From: Tubiluchus corallicola | Lineage: Eukaryota; Animalia; Priapulida | Length of the DNA stretch: 60,576 nucleotides | Assembly (NCBI GenBank): GCA_030141605.1 | Contig: JAQGDQ010001130.1 | Location: 1-60,576, forward strand | Reading direction: 5' to 3' | Part shown: positions 54,396 to 60,576 of the stretch, piece after piece | How the letters are laid out: every line of letters starts with the position of its first letter | Numbering within the stretch: the first letter of the stretch is position 1 | Position numbers and translations under genes: made by a program | Notes under the pieces: model-generated | What the model was told of the DNA's origin: nothing | The model's input: the letters and a program-made list of their open reading frames with translations, nothing else | The model's database searches: none

Positions 54396-55364
54396 TAGTA
54401 CTAGCTGTTCTGTTTCACAACTTGACCGATGGGTCGGAAGTAAAGTCTAATACTTGACAGTTTACTCCAAGATTACACCAGCTTTAAGCACTTCTTTACC
54501 CACACAAGTTTAGCTTTGTGCTTTTGGCTAAAATTATCCGCTGAGAGAGAATTAAATAGAGAAGGCTGAATTTTGTTTTCGATTAGTTAACACGCTTTCA
54601 CTTTGGGAGGTTATTGAACCGATGAACTCTTTTAGAGACAATGAAAACTTAGGAGTGTTTTGCAGCAGACCTTAGGTAGTTAAAAATTCCGATGCGTGTG
54701 TGGGCGTACGTGTATGGGTGCTTAATAGCCCGGGTTACGAAATATGAGTGCGACTTTTGCCAGGTCACAGCTTAAACAATACTGTTTATAGCTTTTAACA
54801 GAGTCAAATGCGCCTATATAATGAAAAGTACGTGATTTAGTCCACAATTTTGTAACAGTGTTTAAAGTTTAAACCGTAAAAGTTGTAGCAAGACGCTTTC
54901 GGAACCCTTTTTTGTCCATTTGACACTTAGTGCAAGTATATTGCGCAATGTGCAGGTATTACGCTTTCCAATTGTAAATCTGTACTATGAAATTTAGAAT
55001 TTAATATTGGCATTATACTACAATTACAAACATTACTTTATAGCTATAGAGCTAAAACATTCATAAGAAATAACATGTTTATATAATTTTAGTATAATTA
55101 TAGTTAGTGTATCATTAAGAAATAATAAATAATCTTATCAATATTTACATGTTAGCACTATTTACTTCTTTTTTTAAAACACTTAAAAAGATATTGGGCC
55201 TCTGTTTTGGTTAATACACAGTCGTTACCCGCAATTGAAAAAATACAGCGCACTTGGAGAGAATAATTGGTCTATTTCTGCACTCTACATATAAATTATC
55301 ATTATGGTATCATTACCTAAAATTACCTATCATTATCGTTATCATTAGCTAAAATCGTATGTCC

Positions 55365-55866
55365 AGGTTTTACATGTCAAATGTAGACCTACGTTAACTC
55401 AAATGTAAATTTAGGTAGTTCAAATGTGTCTTGGTAACTCAAATGTAGACTTAGGTGGTTCAAATGTGTTAACAATGGTTTTCAACAAATCTTAATAGGC
55501 TGAAATAAAGCGTCTTCTTGCAAATATTAGAGAAAATCTTCTAGTGCAGAATCACGGTCAGAGAATGGCAATATTAGCTCAGTTGGCAGAACAGTCTGTT
55601 AATATCATAACGGCCGCAGATGCAGGCCATTTTGTAATTTGCACTTAAATGAGTTAAATACTGATTTATTCAAAGTACCGAATTACATTTGACTTACCTA
55701 AGTCACATTTGAGTTACCAAAACACATTCGAAACTCCTATGTCTACATTTGACTTACCTAAGTCACATTTGAGTTACCAAAACACAGTCGAAATTCCTAT
55801 GTCTACATTTGACTTACCTAAGTCACATTTGAACTTTCCTGTGTCTACATTTGACGTGTAAAACCT
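55365..55866. mobile_element. Foldback-like element with internally repetitive inverted arms
   Basis: aggttttacatgtcaaatgtagac...gtctacatttgacgtgtaaaacct; ~20-bp tcaaatgt subrepeats in both arms; no clear TSD. Confidence 0.65.
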
Positions 55867-56345
55867 ATAAAAACGTAAGAAAAGAAAAAAATGAAAAACA
55901 CAGGAGAGGCAATGAGTATTACATATTATTTATAGACATCGCTATTATATATTAAATTAAATAAGCTTAAAAAATAGTTTAACACAAACCGTTGACTCTT
56001 TGTCCAATTTCAAAAACTTCATGTGACGTGTCATTGCTACCGACCCTCCTGGTACAAGCGCAATTATTTTACTTAATTAGTACTTTTAATTAGTGACGAG
56101 CATTGACAACACATTGGTGCTAAGAAAATCTGTAACTTCCTGCAGATTTAAGCAAAGTGGCGGTGCGTCTCATTGCGTGTAATTTGTAGCTGTAATATTC
56201 GTGAGAGCGCGGCGCTTGTAATCATGGTGTAATAAATTACATAATAAGCATTGTCATCAGAAAACGGAACATGTCATTACGGCTGTTGTTAAACAGTTCA
56301 TTTAGTAGGTTAATTAAGGTTAAAGCAAGGATAAGACATCGTGAG

Positions 56346-57345
56346 AGTCATTGATTCTGACTAGATGGGACATCTCACACAAAGGTTCCTGCTATTGAAA
56401 CAGCAAACGTCAGCGAATTACTCTCAAATACTTCAACACATTCGGAAGTGGTGCTGACAATCCACTCGCATAGTCATTGATTCTGACTAGATGGGACATC
56501 TCACACAAAGGTTCCTGCTATTGAAACAGCAAACGTCTGCAAATTACTATCAAATACTTCAACACTGTCGGAAGTGGTTCTGACAATCCACTGACATGGC
56601 AATGTCTAGTTTTTCTGCTGGATTACTGCTGTGTCTACCCCTGGTGCTGACAATCCACTGGCATAGCAATGTCTAGTTTTTCTGCTGGATTACTGCTGTG
56701 TCTACCCCTGGTGCTGGCAATCCACTGGCATAGCAATGTCTAGTTTTTCTGCTGGATTACTGCTGTGTCTACCCCTGGTGCTGACAATCCGCTGACATAG
56801 CAATGTCAAGTTTTTCTGCTGTATTACTGCTATGTCTACCCCTGGTGCTGGCAATCCACTGGCATAGCAATGTCTAGTTTTTCTGCTGGATTACTGCTGT
56901 GTCTACCCCTGGTGCTGACAATCCACTGGCATAGCAATGTCTAGTTTTTCTGCTGGATTACTGCTGTGTCTACCACTGGTGCTGACAATCCACTGGCATA
57001 GCAATGTCTAGTTTTTCTGCTGGATTACTGCTGTGTCTACCCCTGGTGCTGACAATCCACTGGCATAGCAATGTCTAGTTTTTCTGCTGGATTACTGCTG
57101 TGTCTACCCCCGGTGCTGACAATCCACTGGCATAGCAATGTCTAGTTTTTTTGCTGGATTACTGTGTGTTGGTGTGTTGTGTGTTGTTTTTTGTGGTTCT
57201 GTGTCTACCCCTGGTGTGTTGTGTGTTGTTTTTTGTGGTTTGTGTGTTTGCTGCTGGATTACTGCTGTGTCTACCCCCGGTGCTGACAATCCACTGGCAT
57301 AGCAATGTCTAGTTTTTCTGCTGGATTACTGCTGTGTCTACCCCT
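56346..57345. repeat. 126-bp duplication running into a 67-bp minisatellite (~10 copies)
   Basis: Periods measured at 56346/56472 and 56581/56648; shared ggtgctgacaatccact motif. Confidence 0.9.
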
Positions 57346-57574
57346 GTCTTGATGTCAGATTTCTTTTGTCTCAGAATTTTGTCTAAAATAGACGTAGGTC
57401 GAATGGAAATTATGATGATGATAACTGAAAAACGTTTAAATTTTTGCATTTCCGACTGGGAAGTTCTGATTTGGGTACACTTTATGTAAACTAGTCATTC
57501 AGTTTTACACTAGTATTAGATTCATTTTATTTTATGCGAGTCAAATAAACTGAACTGAACTGAACCGGACCGTC

Positions 57575-57612
57575 TCACCGAATCTGGTTAGTATCGAACT
57601 AGATGGGTGACC
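57575..57612 (+). pseudogene. Short decayed 5S rRNA-derived fragment
   Basis: tcaccgaa..ctggttagta..gatgggtgacc is colinear with the 5S internal control region at ~9666-9715. Confidence 0.45.
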
Positions 57613-57774
57613 AATGAAATCTGAGATGATTCATAATTACAAATTTAAGAATAAAATGAATAAAAAAATCAAAGAATGGAGAAATGAAATCGATATTTTA
57701 AGTCACCAATATTTATCACCTGTGAAAATATAAATAACAATTCACGAAAGACCAAGAAAAACTTGGATTATTGG

Positions 57775-58136
57775 TGTTTTGTTTCTCTCGGAAGGCTCGT
57801 AGAGAAAACCAGAAAACACTTCGTCAAATTAAACTAGTTTATTAAGTGAGAATTCTACAACACAAAAGTATGAAGGAACGCGAAATGTTTACACTGAACG
57901 TGAAAATGTGGAAAACGTTTAAGTGTATCTGAAAATACAAGTATACAAGAGAATGTGTAAGTGGCGTCCGTGTGAATCTGTGTGTCTCTCAGCGGCCTGC
58001 TTCGCCTTATATAGGGTGCCAGGGAACGTTCTAGACGTTTCTTTCTAGAACATTCTACAAGGTAAGACGATTATTCTAATGGAACATTCTACAATGTTCT
58101 ATGTAATTCTAATAGATGCCAGCGATCTCCACAACA
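57775..58136 (-). mobile_element. Solo LTR with a heat-shock-type promoter
   Basis: TGTT...AACA termini, 5-bp TSD attgg / attag, minus-strand TATATAA (58007-58013) and AATAAA (~57840). Confidence 0.7.
58007..58100 (-). promoter_or_regulatory. TATA box plus clustered heat shock elements
   Basis: Perfect nTTCnnGAAnnTTCn at 58042-58056; additional nGAAnnTTCn at 58023-58032 and 58081-58090. Confidence 0.7.
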
Positions 58137-58624
58137 ATTAGTAGTACGCACCTCTAAACAAGCACTTTTTGTATTTATGCAGAGTATTTTTAACATTATC
58201 ATTGATTATCTTCCCTGATTTTTCTATTTTTTCCAGGCGCGGTTTTCTCTACGATGTATCGTGTGCAGTGTTCTATTATACGTCAACACAATGTATGAGG
58301 CATGAGTCAAAACAATGGTTTTCATTGTTTCATTTCCAACATTGTCCATGTTTGATTTTCGTTCTTTTCTTTTTCATCTGAAGATAGTCAACGGGCGGTG
58401 AAATGAAATCAGACTTTAGACTCAGACTTAAATTTGTTTATTTATACATTTAGCAAAATATTATATTAGACTAAATATTACAATTACAGAACTGATAATA
58501 ATTACAGGAAAAATTAACTGCTAAGCCAAGCTCAACATAGATAGGCTTAATTATGACATAAACAAACAACAAATGCTGATCAATAAATGAAGTAAAGAAA
58601 TGGCGACGAGGAGACGAGAATGAC

Positions 58625-58625
58625 T

Positions 58626-58679
<54 letters not shown>

Positions 58680-58685
58680 TTGATG

Positions 58686-58777
<92 letters not shown>

Positions 58778-58782
58778 GATGT

Positions 58783-58827
<45 letters not shown>

Positions 58828-58835
58828 CGATGACA
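58625..58835. repeat. (ATG)n microsatellite
   Basis: Read directly from the sequence. Confidence 0.95.
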
Positions 58836-59668
58836 GCAATTGTGATACATTGCTGATGGCAATGGTGGTGACAATGATGGTGACAATGACAGTAAATTGT
58901 TGCTAATGATGGTGGGTCACGATCGATGACTTAAACAAGTCAGTTTTGCAATGATATGAAGATTAGGATTAAAATGAACAATGAATGATAATGACGTTCA
59001 TATTCATTTGATAGTCAAATTGGTGAGCTGAAAATGTATCTTTTCCTCATTTCTTTCTTCTGAGGTCCACTTATTCTTCTACAAATTGACCACTCCGAGG
59101 TTTGACCCTTACGAAAATGACCCTCGGCGTTTCGAGGCCATTCCTGTGTATTTTGAAATGTTTAGGCTAGTGGGCCTAGTACATTAAGGCTGAATTAAGG
59201 ATTATGATGAACGTCAGCAATAGACATTTTATACAACGATTGCATGGCTGGAATTTTTTAAATGTCATAAAATAAACTGTCAAATCAGATAACTGAACTA
59301 GAATGATTCTCATTGGTTGACAATTTTCTGCGCATGCGCACGTTGATGTGTGTTGCTTCTGACCTGACTCTTGCCTTCTTTACAATAACCGTTTTTATTA
59401 ACCCATGATAATTTGACGAATTTTGTTTAACTTGTGTCTGCGTATAATGCAGTATAGAGACAATGTGGTCTCTGTCTGTGTTAGTACTGACCAGTGTCAA
59501 TGGAGCGTATAGCGTCGGCTTTTGACCCTGTATCGCTTAGATTGTCCCTGGTGTTGGTGATGATGGTTTTTAGTTTCATTAACTGAGAATTTAAAGGACA
59601 ACAAAACACTCTTCGTAAATAAAGCCTGAAAATTGAAAATTTGTCTTGAAATCGCATATCACTTGTAT

Positions 59669-59925
59669 GCTTTCTTGTTGCATACAGGGTTCGTGTAACA
59701 GTAACGATGTTGCTTTCTTGTTGCATACAGGGTTCGTGTAACAGTAACGATGTTGCTTTCTTGTTGCATACAGGGTTCGTGTAACAGTAACGATGTTGCT
59801 TTCTTGTTGCATACAGGGTACGTGTAACTGTAACGATGTTGCTTTCTTGTTGCATACAGGGTTCGTGTAACAGTAACGATGCTGCTTTCTTGTTGCATAC
59901 AGGGTTCGTGTAACAGTAACGATGT
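59669..59925. repeat. 43-bp minisatellite, ~6 copies
   Basis: Unit gctttcttgttgcatacagggttcgtgtaacagtaacgatgtt. Confidence 0.95.
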
Positions 59926-60576
59926 ATAGAACTTGTAAATTCAATTTCCCGCCACGTGTTTTTTGGTGAATCAGTGATGCACACTGGGATAGCGATGCAG
60001 TGTCCGATCAAGTGGCGCAACATTTTAAATTATTAAGAAGTTTCTTTTCCAACTACATAAATATTTCAAATTTGGTAAAGGTAATGCTAAGTAATATAAC
60101 TTTTGAATGGAATGTTCTTTGAGATATACTTTAAAATTACGTTTTATTCCACCTGTCAAAATCTAGAAGTCTTATTACATAAATAGGGTGTCTTTGGGCT
60201 TAACAAAACAGGACAGTCCTGAGAAGAAACATGGCAGAGCTGGACATGGCTGGACATTCAAAATATTCTCTCCAACTGGTCATTGCCTGACCATCCCAGT
60301 GACTCACTGAGAAAGCATTATTAACCTTATTGACAACATGAAGTTATATAATCTTCTGGTTGATTTGTGAAGTGTGTGCTATACGCGAATGCTCTGATAA
60401 TAGGAATGCTGTCTAAACTTGTTTCAAACGACTTACCCTAAAAATGGCTGCGCCTAACAGTCATCGCTGAAGTTTAAGTTTACATGTTTTATACGGCTTT
60501 TCTGTTAAGGCAAGCTCTGTATGCAATAAGGCAGCCCATATGTGATGTAAAATTTTAAGACGAATTTTTAAGCTTT

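Noticed and set aside
59285-60023. Minus-strand ORFs near the right end
   Set aside because: Largely the 43-bp array. The unique part has a plausible acceptor near 59583 but no identifiable product.

Overview
AT-rich animal genomic DNA, not prokaryotic. The TTAGGG repeats, GT-AG introns and the 5S rRNA sequence type suggest a lophotrochozoan invertebrate (inference). About 30% of the window is tandem repeat, which explains most long ORFs in the supplied track. Supportable genes: (1) a complete 5-exon PRD-class (Q50 paired-like) homeobox gene with an eh1 motif on the minus strand (18515->11360, 222 aa), assembled by hand; (2) a single-coding-exon GT-A glycosyltransferase (27217->26109) whose signal anchor is out of frame with the catalytic domain; (3) a partial minus-strand gene at the left end with signal-peptide-like and GPI-signal-like termini; (4) a signal-peptide first exon on the plus strand at 35070. 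Other features: a terminator-less 5S rRNA copy, tRNA-derived SINEs, piggyBac-, hAT-, Tc1/mariner-, Harbinger- and foldback-type MITEs, two LTRs (one with a heat-shock-type promoter), and RTE and L2/CR1 LINE fragments. The most unusual signals are minisatellites traceable to parts of dispersed repeats, an interleaved A-B-A'-B' inverted duplication, and the HSE-bearing solo LTR. I found no convincing evidence of a novel multi-gene system.
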